The notes under the pieces: model-generated
Told to the model about the DNA's origin: nothing
The model's database searches: none
Seen by the model: only the letters and a program-made list of their open reading frames with translations
In this document: one piece after another, positions 1 to 10,227 of the stretch
Layout: every line of letters begins with the position of its first letter
Position numbering within the stretch: the stretch's first letter is position 1
Assembly (NCBI GenBank): GCA_038131935.1
Contig: JAYPQH010000033.1
Coordinates: 10,528 to 74,527 of the forward strand
Origin: Alphaproteobacteria bacterium
GTDB lineage: Bacteria; Pseudomonadota; Alphaproteobacteria; UBA8317
Reading direction: 5' to 3'
DNA length: 64,000 nt
Position numbers and translations under genes: made by a program

Positions 1-1
1 A

Positions 2-574
2 ACGCGCCTACTTGTTTGTGCATGGATGACTTTTGGGTCAACTTTTGGTCATGCTGGAGTGTTCGAGGATGTGGAGGCTTATCTCGAGGGTTTGAAAAGT
101 GCAGAGGCTCGATTTGTTCAAGTCGATCCTTACGGTCGTGTCACGGGAGGCATCTTAATACTCGATCGACCAGGGAATATCTTGTTTGAATTTGAGGATC
201 CTTCTCCATTAAAAATTGCAGCCGACGGTGTATTTGTGGTTGTTTATGATAAAATTTCTAAAGAACTTCAAAGGTTTCCTCTTTCAGCCACGCCTCTAAA
301 TTTATTGTTACAAGATGATGTTGACTTGCGTGGATCTGGTGCGGTCAAGCTTATCGAGCAAAGTAAAGATTTTGTTAGGCTTCATTTGGAAGATCCTGAG
401 GGTAAAGTTCCTGGGTCATTGATGTTGATTTTTGAGAAGAACCCAATGGCTCTAAAAAGATGGATCACAACTGATGCACAAGGACAAAAAACCACTGTCA
501 TACTGGAGAATATGAAGCAGGGTGGAAATTATCCCAGACGTTTGTTTGTCATCACTGATGAAATAGGCAATTAG
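2..574 (+). CDS. LolA-like outer-membrane lipoprotein carrier protein (5' partial; start lies upstream of the window)
   Basis: The frame is open to the window edge. LLVCAWMTFGSTFGHA looks like the end of a signal peptide. LolA-type strands are present (ILILDRPGNILFEFEDP, DGVFVVVYD). Confidence 0.55.
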   Translation, partial: TRLLVCAWMTFGSTFGHAGVFEDVEAYLEGLKSAEARFVQVDPYGRVTGGILILDRPGNILFEFEDPSPLKIAADGVFVVVYDKISKELQRFPLSATPLNLLLQDDVDLRGSGAVKLIEQSKDFVRLHLEDPEGKVPGSLMLIFEKNPMALKRWITTDAQGQKTTVILENMKQGGNYPRRLFVITDEIGN

Positions 575-576
575 AA

Positions 577-1946
577 ATGTCACAATTTTTATCTTCCCAT
601 CAAATAAAGTTATTTGATGATTGGTTAGAACGCCACCAAATATCCGAAGTTGAGTGTATTGTGCCTGATTGCAATGGTGTTGCACGGGGTAAAATTTTGC
701 CGTCAAAAAGATTTAGCCATTCTCTTCGTGAAGATGCGTTACGTGTGCCGGAAAGTATCTTCTTGCAAACAGTTAATGGCGATATGATTGATTCTGAAGT
801 TATTTCTGAATTGGAACCAGATATAATTTTGGTTCCTGATTTTGACACGATTAGGCTGGTACCTTGGTATAAAGAACCAACAGCCCAAATTATATGTGAT
901 GCGTTTCATAAAAATGGCCAGGCTGTCGCCTTTTCACCAAGAAATGTGCTGCGAAAAGTTGTATCATTATATGTAGATCGAGGATGGTGTCCTGTGGCCG
1001 CACCAGAGATTGAATTCTATCTGGTTAGACCAAATGTTGATCCTGACTATCCTTTACAGCCTCCTATTGGCCGTTCAGGACGCGCAGAGACATCTCGCCA
1101 ACCATTTGGCATTGATGCGGTCAATGAATTGGATCCGATTTTTGAGGATGTTTATGATTATTGTGAAGTCCAACATATTGATGTTGATACGTTAACCCAT
1201 GAAGCAGGTGCTGCACAGGTGGAGATAAACTTCAACCATGGTGACCCTTTAGCCCTTGCGGATCAAGCGTTCATGTTTAAACGAACCGTAAGGCAGGCAG
1301 CTTTGAGGCATGATGTTTATGCAACCTTTATGGCGCGACCCTATGATCATGAACCAGGATCATCTATGCATATACATGTCTCTGTTAAAGATGATGAAAC
1401 CGGTGATAATATTTTTCTGACAGCAAAAAACCGTGAGACAGCCTTATTTAAAGGATTTATTGGAGGTATGCAGCGTTACATGGCTCCAGTGATGCCACTT
1501 TTTGCTCCGAATGTGAATTCGTATAAGCGTTTGGTGAAAGATTTGGCGGCTCCTGTGAATTCTCATTGGGGTCGAGAAAATCGAACCGTTGGTATACGCG
1601 TTCCTGATGCCCAACGAGAAAATTACCGCATTGAAAACCGTATGCCAGGTGCTGATGCTAATCCTTATTTGGCTATGGCTGGAACGTTAGCTTGTGGCTA
1701 TTTGGGCATGGTTAAAAAACTAAAACCTGCGCCTGAAATGACCAAGGTTGCTTATGGTTCAGCGCGACAAAGTTTGCCACGACATATTTTGATGCCCTGG
1801 GTAAATTAAGGCAGTCAACACCCCTCAAAGAAGTTTTAGGCCACGATTTCATTACCCTTTATCTTGAGGTAAAGCGTGCGGAACATACAGCCTATCAGCA
1901 GGTAATCAGTGCCTGGGAGCGTGAACATCTTCTTCTAAACATTTAA
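577..1946 (+). pseudogene. Glutamine synthetase family protein (GlnT/PuuA-like), frameshifted near the 3' end
   Basis: GS catalytic motifs are present (EIEFYL, GSSMHIHVS, NSYKRL, ENRMPGADANPYL). The family-typical C-terminus EVLGHDFITLYLEVKRAEHTAYQQVISAWEREHLL continues in another frame to TAA 1944-1946. The shift is at T4 run 1787-1790. Confidence 0.8.
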
Positions 1947-3515
1947 TCAATGTTTGAAATGTCTACTTGGAGCAGCATAGATGGTCACACCTAACTCTTC
2001 TGCCCTGGCAAACACTTCCTGATCGCGCATGGAGCCAACGGGCTGCACCACGGTTTTGACACCAGCCTCAGCAAGACGTTCAATATTGTCAGGAAATGGA
2101 AAAAATGCGTCAGACGCCAAACAGGCACCTTGTGCGAAAGATGTCTCGTGATTTGCCAACTCAGATGCTTTTTGTGCACGTCGAATAGCCAAGTCAACCG
2201 CATCCACACGATTGGTTTGTCCGCCACCAATTCCAACAGTGGCGCGATCCCTTACCAGGACAATACCATTTGATGTAACATGTTTGACAACTCGGAACGC
2301 AAAAGCAAGGTCGGTGAGATCTTGTTGAGCAGCTTCATTTGACGTCTTGCATGTCAGATCTCTTTCTGTGATGCGTATCGTGTCAGCCGACTGTACCAAA
2401 AAACCGCCCGAAACGGTTTTAAATTGCATGGTAACTTTCTGATCAGATGGTGGCATCACGAGCAAGCGTAGATTTTTTTTCTGCTGAAGAATGGATAATG
2501 CATTTTCGTCAAAGCCATCAGCCATAACAATTTCAGCAAAAAGCTCACCAATCGCCTCAGCCGTAGGCCCATCGACTTGACCACTCAGCGCAATAATGCC
2601 GCCAAAGGCGGACACAGGGTCAGAGCGCAGTGCCATGGAAAATGCCTCTAAAGGGTTCTCTCCAAGTGCGGCCCCACAAGGCTGTGCATGTTTGATGATG
2701 GCACAAGCAAAAGGGGCCATATCACGAATATCTTCCAAAAGTGCCCATGCACCGTCTGCATCATTGATGTTGTTGTAGGATAATTCTTTACCATGAAGCT
2801 GTTTTGCATGAGCAAGACCAGAATGTGACAATGGGTTCCGGTAGAATGCTGCTTCTTGATGTGGGTTTTCACCATAACGTAGGGTTTGAACCAACTCGCC
2901 AGATATATTCACGGTTTCACCATGGACATCTTGAAGTTCTTTAGCAAACCATTGGGCAACCATACTGTCATAAGCTGAGGTATGGGCAAATGCTTTTCGT
3001 GCCAATTTCGTTCTGAGAGCTTGATTTATATTCCCTTGCGATTGATCAAAGGCTTCAAGAAGGTTGTTGTAGTCATTGGGGTCAACCACAATAGCAACAT
3101 GGTGATGATTTTTGGCTGCAGCCCTAACCATAGCTGGCCCACCGATATCTATATTTTCTATGATTGTGTCTCTGTCTGCTTGGTTTAACAATGTTTGAGC
3201 AAATGGATAAAGGTTGACAACAACCAAGCCAAACGCCTCAATTCCTTCCGCGCTCATATCGGCATCATCTTCTGCCAATCCTGGTCTTCCAAGAATACCT
3301 CCATGAATTTTGGGATGTAAGGTCTTAACCCGGCCACCAAGAATTTCTGGGGCACCTGTCACATCAGCTACTTTTGTAACGGCTATACCATGACTCGAAA
3401 GCGTTTTTGCAGTTCCACCACTTGAAACAATTGAAAAACCGCGCTTAATGAGCTGCTCAGCAAACGGAATGATACCTTCCTTATTGCTTACCGATATCAA
3501 GGCTCTTTTGTACAT
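1947..3515 (-). CDS. purH: Bifunctional AICAR transformylase / IMP cyclohydrolase
   Basis: Full-length match to PurH architecture: MGS-like N-domain (ALISVSNKEGI, VSSGGTAK) followed by the AICARFT domain, ending HFKH. I moved the start to the internal ATG MYKRALIS. Confidence 0.95.
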   Translation of the reverse strand: MYKRALISVSNKEGIIPFAEQLIKRGFSIVSSGGTAKTLSSHGIAVTKVADVTGAPEILGGRVKTLHPKIHGGILGRPGLAEDDADMSAEGIEAFGLVVVNLYPFAQTLLNQADRDTIIENIDIGGPAMVRAAAKNHHHVAIVVDPNDYNNLLEAFDQSQGNINQALRTKLARKAFAHTSAYDSMVAQWFAKELQDVHGETVNISGELVQTLRYGENPHQEAAFYRNPLSHSGLAHAKQLHGKELSYNNINDADGAWALLEDIRDMAPFACAIIKHAQPCGAALGENPLEAFSMALRSDPVSAFGGIIALSGQVDGPTAEAIGELFAEIVMADGFDENALSILQQKKNLRLLVMPPSDQKVTMQFKTVSGGFLVQSADTIRITERDLTCKTSNEAAQQDLTDLAFAFRVVKHVTSNGIVLVRDRATVGIGGGQTNRVDAVDLAIRRAQKASELANHETSFAQGACLASDAFFPFPDNIERLAEAGVKTVVQPVGSMRDQEVFARAEELGVTIYAAPSRHFKH

Positions 3516-3664
3516 GAAGACACTCCATATGCAGGATCTGAAACATGTCTTTGCCTTATACAAGCTGCTTAACACAAGACCTACGGAACATGACGACTTG
3601 AGCTCTTGACCTCTTATAGCTTCAGATAACAGATAGGTTGGTATTCACGAGAAAGGTTTGTCCG

Positions 3665-4477
3665 ATGAAGAGCATACCCAATTGTCTTACCATAGCTGGT
3701 TCTGATCCCAGTGGTGGTGCTGGTATACAAGCTGACTTAAAAACATTTTCCGCCCATGGTTGTTATGGTATGTCCGTTATTACAGGCTTGACCGCCCAAA
3801 ACACCTGTGGCGTGCAAGATATTTATTCGGTAACACCTGAATTTGTGGTGGCTCAGCTTCAATCAATTTTCGACGATATTCAGGTTGATTCTATAAAAAT
3901 AGGAATGTTGGGCACTAGCGAGATTGTCCGAGAGGTGGCTAATTTTTTAACCCCATTCAATCATATACCAATCATTTTAGATCCCGTGATGAATGCCAAA
4001 TCAGGTGATGATCTTCTACAACCAGATGCAGTTAAAAACCTTATTTCTGATTTAATTCCTCAGGCTCAACTGGTGACACCTAACTTGCCCGAGGTATCTC
4101 GTATCATTGGGACAAAGGTGACGTGTAAAGACAGCATGGTTAAGGCAGGTGAGGCGATGTTGTCTTTGGGTGCTAAGGCTGCTTTGATAAAAGGCGGACA
4201 CTTGAACGAGACAAAAGATGATTTGTTGGTGACGAAGGAAGATTATCTGTGGATATCAGGGCATATGGTCAAGACCAAAAACACCCATGGTACGGGATGC
4301 ACATTGTCTTCTGCGATTGCCGCATATGTAGCAAAAGGGTTTACCATAAAGCAGAGTGTTTTGGAGGCTAAATCCTATATTACCAGAGCCCTTGAAGGGG
4401 CAAACTCCCTTCAGGTTGGGAGAGGTATTGGTCCCACCCATCATTTTGTATCCTTGTGGGAAGACAAGAGGCCATAA
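3665..4477 (+). CDS. thiD: Hydroxymethylpyrimidine/phosphomethylpyrimidine kinase
   Basis: Motifs LTIAGSDPSGGAGIQADLKT, KIGML and THGTGCTLSSAIA. ATG 3665 is preceded by GAGAAAGG. Confidence 0.85.
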   Translation: MKSIPNCLTIAGSDPSGGAGIQADLKTFSAHGCYGMSVITGLTAQNTCGVQDIYSVTPEFVVAQLQSIFDDIQVDSIKIGMLGTSEIVREVANFLTPFNHIPIILDPVMNAKSGDDLLQPDAVKNLISDLIPQAQLVTPNLPEVSRIIGTKVTCKDSMVKAGEAMLSLGAKAALIKGGHLNETKDDLLVTKEDYLWISGHMVKTKNTHGTGCTLSSAIAAYVAKGFTIKQSVLEAKSYITRALEGANSLQVGRGIGPTHHFVSLWEDKRP

Positions 4478-4507
4478 ACCTCTTGTCATAATCTTTATAC
4501 AAACTTG

Positions 4508-5797
4508 TTATGAATTAAACGTACCAGATCCACGACCAAATTCAGGATAAGCTTCAAGGCCAAGTTCTGCTTGATCCAGTCCAAGTTCTTCGACTTCAGC
4601 AGTAGGACGAAGACCTGTTACGGCTTTTAGTGCGAGCCATATGATGGTGCTTGCCACCAAAACAAATGCACCAATTGCTACAATGCCAATAAATTGGGTG
4701 GCAAAATTTGCATCACCGTTAGAAAGTGGCACAACCATTGTACCCCAAATCCCACAGATAAGGTGTACAGGAATAGCTCCAACAACATCATCAATTTTTA
4801 GCTTATCGAGCATAGGGATGGCGAAGACAACAATAATGCCACCAATAGCTCCAATGAAGATGGAGAGTGCTAGGCTTGGTGCAAGTGGCTCTGCAGTGAT
4901 CGATACCAAACCTGCAAGCGCACCGTTAAGGACCATGGTTAAGTCAATTTTACCAAATCTTAGCTGGCTTGCAATGAGTGCGGCGATCGCACCAGCTGCT
5001 GCACTTGTGTTGGTATTTGCGAAAATAATGGAAATGGCATTCACATCTTCAATTGTTCCCATCGCAAGTTGTGATGCGCCATTAAAACCAAACCAACCAA
5101 GCCAAAGGATAAAGGTACCCAACGTTGCCAAAGGGAGGCTGGAACCTGGCATTGGCATAACACGGCCATCTTTATATTTGCCCAATCTTGGTCCTAGAAT
5201 AATGGCGCCAGCGAGTGCTGCAAAACCACCTGTTGCATGGACGATGGTTGATCCCGCAAAGTCAGAAAATCCCATCTCGCTTAAATAGCCACCACCCCAG
5301 GTCCAGGAACCTTGGATGGGATAAATGATTCCTGTGAGAACTGCAGTGAAAATAAGAAATGGCCAAATTTTGATGCGCTCAGCAAGGGTACCTGAAACAA
5401 TAGATGCAGTGGTTGCGCAGAACACCATCTGGAAGAACCAATCTGACGCAGATGAATAATCACCGTCAGCTGTTGCAGGATCACCGGGGGTAAAAAACAT
5501 CGCTGTTCCTATGTAACCACCATCAACCCCAGCATACATTAAGTTGTATCCTACCAGCAGATACATAATGCCTGCGATCGAGTAGAGTGCGACGTTTTTT
5601 GTACATTGCATGGCCACATTTTTTGAGCGTACGAGTCCTGCTTCGAGCATGGCAAAACCGGCTGCCATCCACATGACGAGGAAACCACCTAATAAGAAAA
5701 GTAAAGAGTTGAAGATATAGGCGGTTGAGTCTGTTTCTGCGGCCAATGCTGGGCTAGCAAGCATGACCAAAGTAGGTATAAGAAATCTCTTGTTCAT
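4508..5797 (-). CDS. amtB: Ammonium transporter
   Basis: Signal peptide MNKRFLIPTLVMLASPALA. Amt motifs FAGSTIVHATGG and AIPVHLICGIWGT. A GGAG Shine-Dalgarno precedes ATG 5797. The gene lies directly downstream of glnK. Confidence 0.9.
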   Translation of the reverse strand: MNKRFLIPTLVMLASPALAAETDSTAYIFNSLLFLLGGFLVMWMAAGFAMLEAGLVRSKNVAMQCTKNVALYSIAGIMYLLVGYNLMYAGVDGGYIGTAMFFTPGDPATADGDYSSASDWFFQMVFCATTASIVSGTLAERIKIWPFLIFTAVLTGIIYPIQGSWTWGGGYLSEMGFSDFAGSTIVHATGGFAALAGAIILGPRLGKYKDGRVMPMPGSSLPLATLGTFILWLGWFGFNGASQLAMGTIEDVNAISIIFANTNTSAAAGAIAALIASQLRFGKIDLTMVLNGALAGLVSITAEPLAPSLALSIFIGAIGGIIVVFAIPMLDKLKIDDVVGAIPVHLICGIWGTMVVPLSNGDANFATQFIGIVAIGAFVLVASTIIWLALKAVTGLRPTAEVEELGLDQAELGLEAYPEFGRGSGTFNS

Positions 5798-5823
5798 AAT
5801 ATTCTCCAAATAGATTTGGTTGG

Positions 5824-6162
5824 TCACAGGGCTTCATCAGAGCTTTCGCCTGTTCGCACGCGAACAGCTTGCTCTAGGGGCACCACGAAAATTTTTCCGT
5901 CACCAATTTGCCCCGTGTGAGCGGTGTCCTTGATGACATTGACAACATCATCGGTTCGCTCATCAGAAACGGCGACTTCAAGCTTTATCTTCGGCAGAAA
6001 GGTGACGTCATATTCAGCACCGCGATAAATCTCGGTATGACCACGTTGGCGCCCATAACCGCGAACTTCTGTAACAGTCATTCCTTCCACACCAATGCTG
6101 GTGAGGGCTTCTCTCAGCTCAGCCAGTTTAAAAGGCTTAACAATGCTAATAATAAGTTTCAT
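5824..6162 (-). CDS. glnK: Nitrogen regulatory protein P-II
   Basis: 112 aa, starting MKLIISIVKPFKL. T-loop GYGRQRGHTEIYRGAEY. Operon partner of amtB. Confidence 0.9.
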   Translation of the reverse strand: MKLIISIVKPFKLAELREALTSIGVEGMTVTEVRGYGRQRGHTEIYRGAEYDVTFLPKIKLEVAVSDERTDDVVNVIKDTAHTGQIGDGKIFVVPLEQAVRVRTGESSDEAL

Positions 6163-6337
6163 GGCAAATCCTTACATGAGTTTCGATACCTAAATATGGA
6201 AATTCATGTTATGAATATTATAAAAATGTTTATAAACAATAATTTTAATTAAATTTTTACCTAAAAATTATTGGAAATTATAGACATTCTGCCTAAATCT
6301 GCGTCATGCCCATGCGCTAGCGGAACGAAAGTGTACA

Positions 6338-7414
6338 ATGTTTCATCACTCTGATCAGATTATACATGAATGGCGTATGGGACGTGCTGTCAAATTATAC
6401 AGCAGCAATGGTCAAACCTACGAATTGTTGGCCACAGAATTTGTTGATCCCACAAATTATCATGGATTAATCCAAAGCCCATGGTCACTTGTGATAACCC
6501 AACATCGTGCTGAAGCTCTTCATGCGTCAGTGCACCATGTTGGTTTAGGGTTATACCGACCACCACAGCGCCACCATGATTTGCTTAAAATTATCGATCC
6601 AACTTCGTACATGCATGCAATGTTGTCTGAACCATTGGTATCGCAGCGTGACCTCAAAGAGCCAGAAGAGCTCAGGTCAACATTACAAATGCTTTTGAAG
6701 GAAGATATATTGCCTTCATTGCTAATCCGTACCACGGAAGAAAGGGAAGATTTTTTATGGAAAAATCTAGATGGATTGCAAAAGCAGCGACTATTACAGC
6801 GTAAATATTCTGCAAAGTTACCGCTTCACAATGCACATGAGAGTCGTATTCATATTCTTCAAGAATCCCCTGGCACGCGTCGTCATGTTTTGCTTGAAAT
6901 TCACGCCCACCAGCAGCCCTCTTCTTTAACACCTTTGGTGAGGGTCCATTCAGAATGTCTCACAGGGGATGTTTTTGGATCCTTAAAATGTGACTGTGGC
7001 CCACAATTACGCGCTGCCATAGATGCAATCATTGATCATGGGTACGGCTATATTTTCTATATGCGTGATGAAGGTCGTAACATTGGCATCACCAACAAAA
7101 TTCGTGCATACCGGCTTCAAGATGAGGGACATGACACCTACAAAGCAAACCGATTGGTGGGCGCGGATGAAGATCTACGGGATTACAAGGGTGTTGGACA
7201 CTTCATCCAAGAGCAGTTGGGGCTCAACCAAATCCAATTGTTGACGAGCAATGCAGAAAAGTCTGCCCAACTATCCGTGCCTGGTTTACATGTGGAACAG
7301 GTGCATCATGCAGTAGGCTTGAATCCTTTTAATGAAAACTATTTAAAAGATAAGGATGCTCGTAATCTGCAATATGCCTTGGACCGGATACAAAATGATG
7401 ACCAAAATCAATAA
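6338..7414 (+). CDS. ribA: GTP cyclohydrolase II with a divergent N-terminal domain
   Basis: C-terminal half carries VRVHSECLTGDVFGSLKCDCGPQL and EGRNIGITNKIRAYRLQDEGHDTYKAN. The N-terminal ~190 aa lacks recognisable DHBP-synthase motifs. Confidence 0.8.
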   Translation: MFHHSDQIIHEWRMGRAVKLYSSNGQTYELLATEFVDPTNYHGLIQSPWSLVITQHRAEALHASVHHVGLGLYRPPQRHHDLLKIIDPTSYMHAMLSEPLVSQRDLKEPEELRSTLQMLLKEDILPSLLIRTTEEREDFLWKNLDGLQKQRLLQRKYSAKLPLHNAHESRIHILQESPGTRRHVLLEIHAHQQPSSLTPLVRVHSECLTGDVFGSLKCDCGPQLRAAIDAIIDHGYGYIFYMRDEGRNIGITNKIRAYRLQDEGHDTYKANRLVGADEDLRDYKGVGHFIQEQLGLNQIQLLTSNAEKSAQLSVPGLHVEQVHHAVGLNPFNENYLKDKDARNLQYALDRIQNDDQNQ

Positions 7415-8633
7415 AGATAATGATGTGATCATCATGGGTGGTGGTATGGTAGGTTTAACCCTTGCCATTGCCCTGTCACAATTGGGGCTGAGGGTAACAA
7501 TTGTAGACAAAAAAACGATATCGATGCGTTTAGAACAGCAATATGATGGTCGTGCTTCTGCCATAGCGTTTGCAACAGCCCGCATGCTTGATGCTTTGGG
7601 TGTATGGAAGGATTGTGACCCCTACGCCGTACCAATTGAAGACATTTTGATCACCGATGGACATTCTCGGGGAAAAACGTCAAATCATTATTTGCATTTT
7701 GATCATCAAGACATTGGTAATACGCCTCTAGGCTACATGTTAGAGAATAGACATTTGCGTCATGTTTTGATCGAGCATGCAACCCAACAAAATGTTCAAT
7801 TTATGGTTAATTCGGCACAAGACTTAGAGCCTCAGCAGGGCATGGTTACGATGCAGGACGGTCAAGTTTTCCAAGCACCTATTATCATCGCGGCTGATGG
7901 TAGAGGATCTTGGGTAAGAAGAAAGTCAGGTATCAAAATTGATAGCTACTCCTACGCCCAACATGCATTGGTGTTTACGGTTCATTTGGCCAATGGTCAT
8001 GATAAGGTTGCCCATGAACATTTTCTTGAAGAAGGGCCTTTGGCTGTTCTACCCCTGCCAAATAACCTCGCGAATATTGTTTGGACATGTAAAGCGCAGC
8101 GAGCTCAGGATTTGGAAGAGCTAGGTCCAGATGTTATACAAGAAGAACTTATGGATATCCTTGGCTCAACATTTGGTGATGTAACACTGAAGTCAGCAGT
8201 TTGGAGATATCCCCTGTCGGTGCATTTGGCCCGAAAATTTGGAGCAGGAAAAGTTGTTTTGGTAGGTGATGCTGCCCATGGTATTCATCCTATCGCTGGA
8301 CAAGGGTTAAACCTAGGTCTGCGGGACGTTGCGACTATTGCACAGCTTGTCCAAGAACAACGACAAACAGGCATGCTTCTTAGTGGTCAAATTCTATGCC
8401 CGAAATATGAACGTTGGCGTAGACAAGACTGTATGATCCTGGCCACTGTGACTCATGGCATAAATGCATTATTTTCAAATGATATAGCTCCGGTTCGTCG
8501 GGCTCGTGATGTAGGCCTCATGGCCGTAGGAAAATTACCACCACTTAAAAATTTCTTTATGAGGCATGCTGGTGGCGATGTTGGTGATCTACCTCCTCTC
8601 ATGCGGGGAGAAAAGCTTCGCACCATGAGTTAG
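7395..8633 (+). CDS. UbiH/UbiF/VisC/COQ6-family FAD-dependent ubiquinone biosynthesis hydroxylase
   Basis: Rossmann motif DVIIMGGGMVGLTLA and LVGDAAHGIHPIAGQGLNLGLRD. I trimmed the start to MMTKINK; it overlaps the end of ribA. Confidence 0.8.
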   Translation: MMTKINKDNDVIIMGGGMVGLTLAIALSQLGLRVTIVDKKTISMRLEQQYDGRASAIAFATARMLDALGVWKDCDPYAVPIEDILITDGHSRGKTSNHYLHFDHQDIGNTPLGYMLENRHLRHVLIEHATQQNVQFMVNSAQDLEPQQGMVTMQDGQVFQAPIIIAADGRGSWVRRKSGIKIDSYSYAQHALVFTVHLANGHDKVAHEHFLEEGPLAVLPLPNNLANIVWTCKAQRAQDLEELGPDVIQEELMDILGSTFGDVTLKSAVWRYPLSVHLARKFGAGKVVLVGDAAHGIHPIAGQGLNLGLRDVATIAQLVQEQRQTGMLLSGQILCPKYERWRRQDCMILATVTHGINALFSNDIAPVRRARDVGLMAVGKLPPLKNFFMRHAGGDVGDLPPLMRGEKLRTMS

Positions 8634-9432
8634 GGTCCAAGGATTTTTTTTCTTATCCAATCTGTAAACGCTTCCATGGCGATAACGATAACAAAAATTG
8701 CCAAGATGATGGCTGAGGCTTGCTTATATTGGAAAAGGTCGAATGCGGTTTTAAGTTCCTGACCTATACCACCCGCGCCAACCAATCCTAATACAACAGA
8801 TGACCTAATAGCACGCTCCAAGGCATACAATGATGTGTTAATCATTGAAGGAAGTGCATCGGGGATAACTGCGGCACTAAGCATATTCCAATGATTCCCA
8901 CCAATGGTTTGAATAGCGTCTCGTGCATCCCGATCCGTATCCTCCATGGCTTCAGCAAAAAAGCGACCACAAAACCCTAACGTGTCCACCACAATGGTCA
9001 TCGTACCCGCTACTGCACCCAAACCAACGGTGGACACGAAAATCAATGCCCAAACCAGATCAGGAATGGTACGGCATAAAGAGACAAAACCTTTTACCAA
9101 CCAGCGCAAGGATCCTATGGGAGATAAGCCTTGAGATGATAGCCAGCCAATGGGAAAACTTATGAGAATGCCCAATGTTGTGCCAGCTAGCGCTATCTGC
9201 ATGGTTTCAACAAGCGTCCAAACCATTCTCATCAAAAACTCAGGATCACTGCTAGGAGGTAACATTCTTCCCAATAAATTTACACGCGTGGCCCACCTTC
9301 CATCAGCCTTTGAGGTGATGGTGCTACGTCTCCAATTGACGCCAAGATGAGCGCTACAGCCGTAATAAGTAAGGTAAAACTTAAAGCGCTCATTTGGGGT
9401 GTGCGATGGGGTAATTTCGTTTGTTTGGTCAT
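8630..9432 (-). pseudogene. phnE: Phosphonate ABC transporter permease, frameshifted after codon 50
   Basis: ATG 9432 overlaps the phnC stop (ATGA) and encodes MTKQTK...SALSFTLLITAVALILASIG...LMEGGPRV, then TAA 9280-9282. The rest of PhnE (NLLGRMLPPSSDPEFL...ETMQIALAGTTLG) continues in another frame to 8630. Confidence 0.8.
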
Positions 9433-10181
9433 ATATACAATGTCCTTGAAATTGCATCATCAAAATCTGTGGCACTGCCAAACCAATGAATTTTATGATT
9501 TTTCAATGCAACGATTTCGTCAGCGTAGGTCCTTGCATGATTGATATTATGAGTTGTGAATAATAATGTTGTGCCTCTTTTTTGTACCAGTTGAGAAAAC
9601 AGTGACATGATCTCTTCACCCGCGGTGGGGTCGAGACTGGCTGCAGGTTCGTCAGCTATAAGCAACTGCGGAGAACGTACCATTGCACGTGCAATGGCTA
9701 CACGTTGAGCCTGTCCCCCGGATAATTGATTAACTTTGGAGAGGATATGGTTCGACAGACCCAATTCCACCAGCATTTGCCAAGCTGCAACGCGCCATGC
9801 TTCAGGAGCCAAGGAATGTGAAACAGCACGCCAAGATCCTGGTGCGCCCATGAAACCATGAACAACGTTGCTTAATGCGCTCGTACGAGGAACCAATGAA
9901 TGGTTCTGAAATACAAAACCAATTTTTTGTCTGAGTTCTTTGATAGCATGTTTTGAAGACGGCTCAGTAATATTCGTACCTAGGGTAACAACAGTACCAG
10001 AATTTGGGCGTGTCAGACCAACTATGGTTTTTAGTAATGTGGATTTGCCAGCGCCATTGGGTCCTAACAACGCGACACGCCTACCATTGGTTAGTGATAG
10101 GTTTATATCGTTCAAAACGGTGCTGGTTCCAAAAACCTTTGAGACCCGAGATAAATACACTGCATTAGCAGTATTATCCAT
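9429..10181 (-). CDS. phnC: Phosphonate ABC transporter ATP-binding protein
   Basis: Walker A GPNGAGKST, signature LSGGQAQRV, Walker B LLIADEP. A GGAGGA Shine-Dalgarno precedes ATG 10181. Confidence 0.85.
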   Translation of the reverse strand: MDNTANAVYLSRVSKVFGTSTVLNDINLSLTNGRRVALLGPNGAGKSTLLKTIVGLTRPNSGTVVTLGTNITEPSSKHAIKELRQKIGFVFQNHSLVPRTSALSNVVHGFMGAPGSWRAVSHSLAPEAWRVAAWQMLVELGLSNHILSKVNQLSGGQAQRVAIARAMVRSPQLLIADEPAASLDPTAGEEIMSLFSQLVQKRGTTLLFTTHNINHARTYADEIVALKNHKIHWFGSATDFDDAISRTLYI

Positions 10182-10227
10182 GGGTCCTCCGTGCGGACCC
10201 ATGGTATTGGTTTCAAAATTTTGCACG

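Noticed and set aside
3516-3664. TPP riboswitch upstream of thiD, and FMN riboswitch upstream of ribA (6163-6337)
   Set aside because: The conserved cores are absent (CTGAGA / ACCTGATCTGGATAATGCCAGCG for TPP; RFN element motifs for FMN).
4641-5288. Long antisense or overlapping ORFs in the track (for example 4641-5288, 18435-18902, 33451-33942, 42580-43008, 48335-48841, 60703-61035, 61057-61383)
   Set aside because: Each lies entirely inside a well-supported gene on the opposite strand or in another frame. Each has low-complexity or compositionally odd translations with no start signals. I treat them as shadow ORFs.
6163-6337. Sigma-54 (GG-N10-GC) promoter or NtrC sites upstream of glnK-amtB
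   Set aside because: No TGGCAC-N5-TTGC-like element was found on the glnK strand. The region is simply AT-rich.
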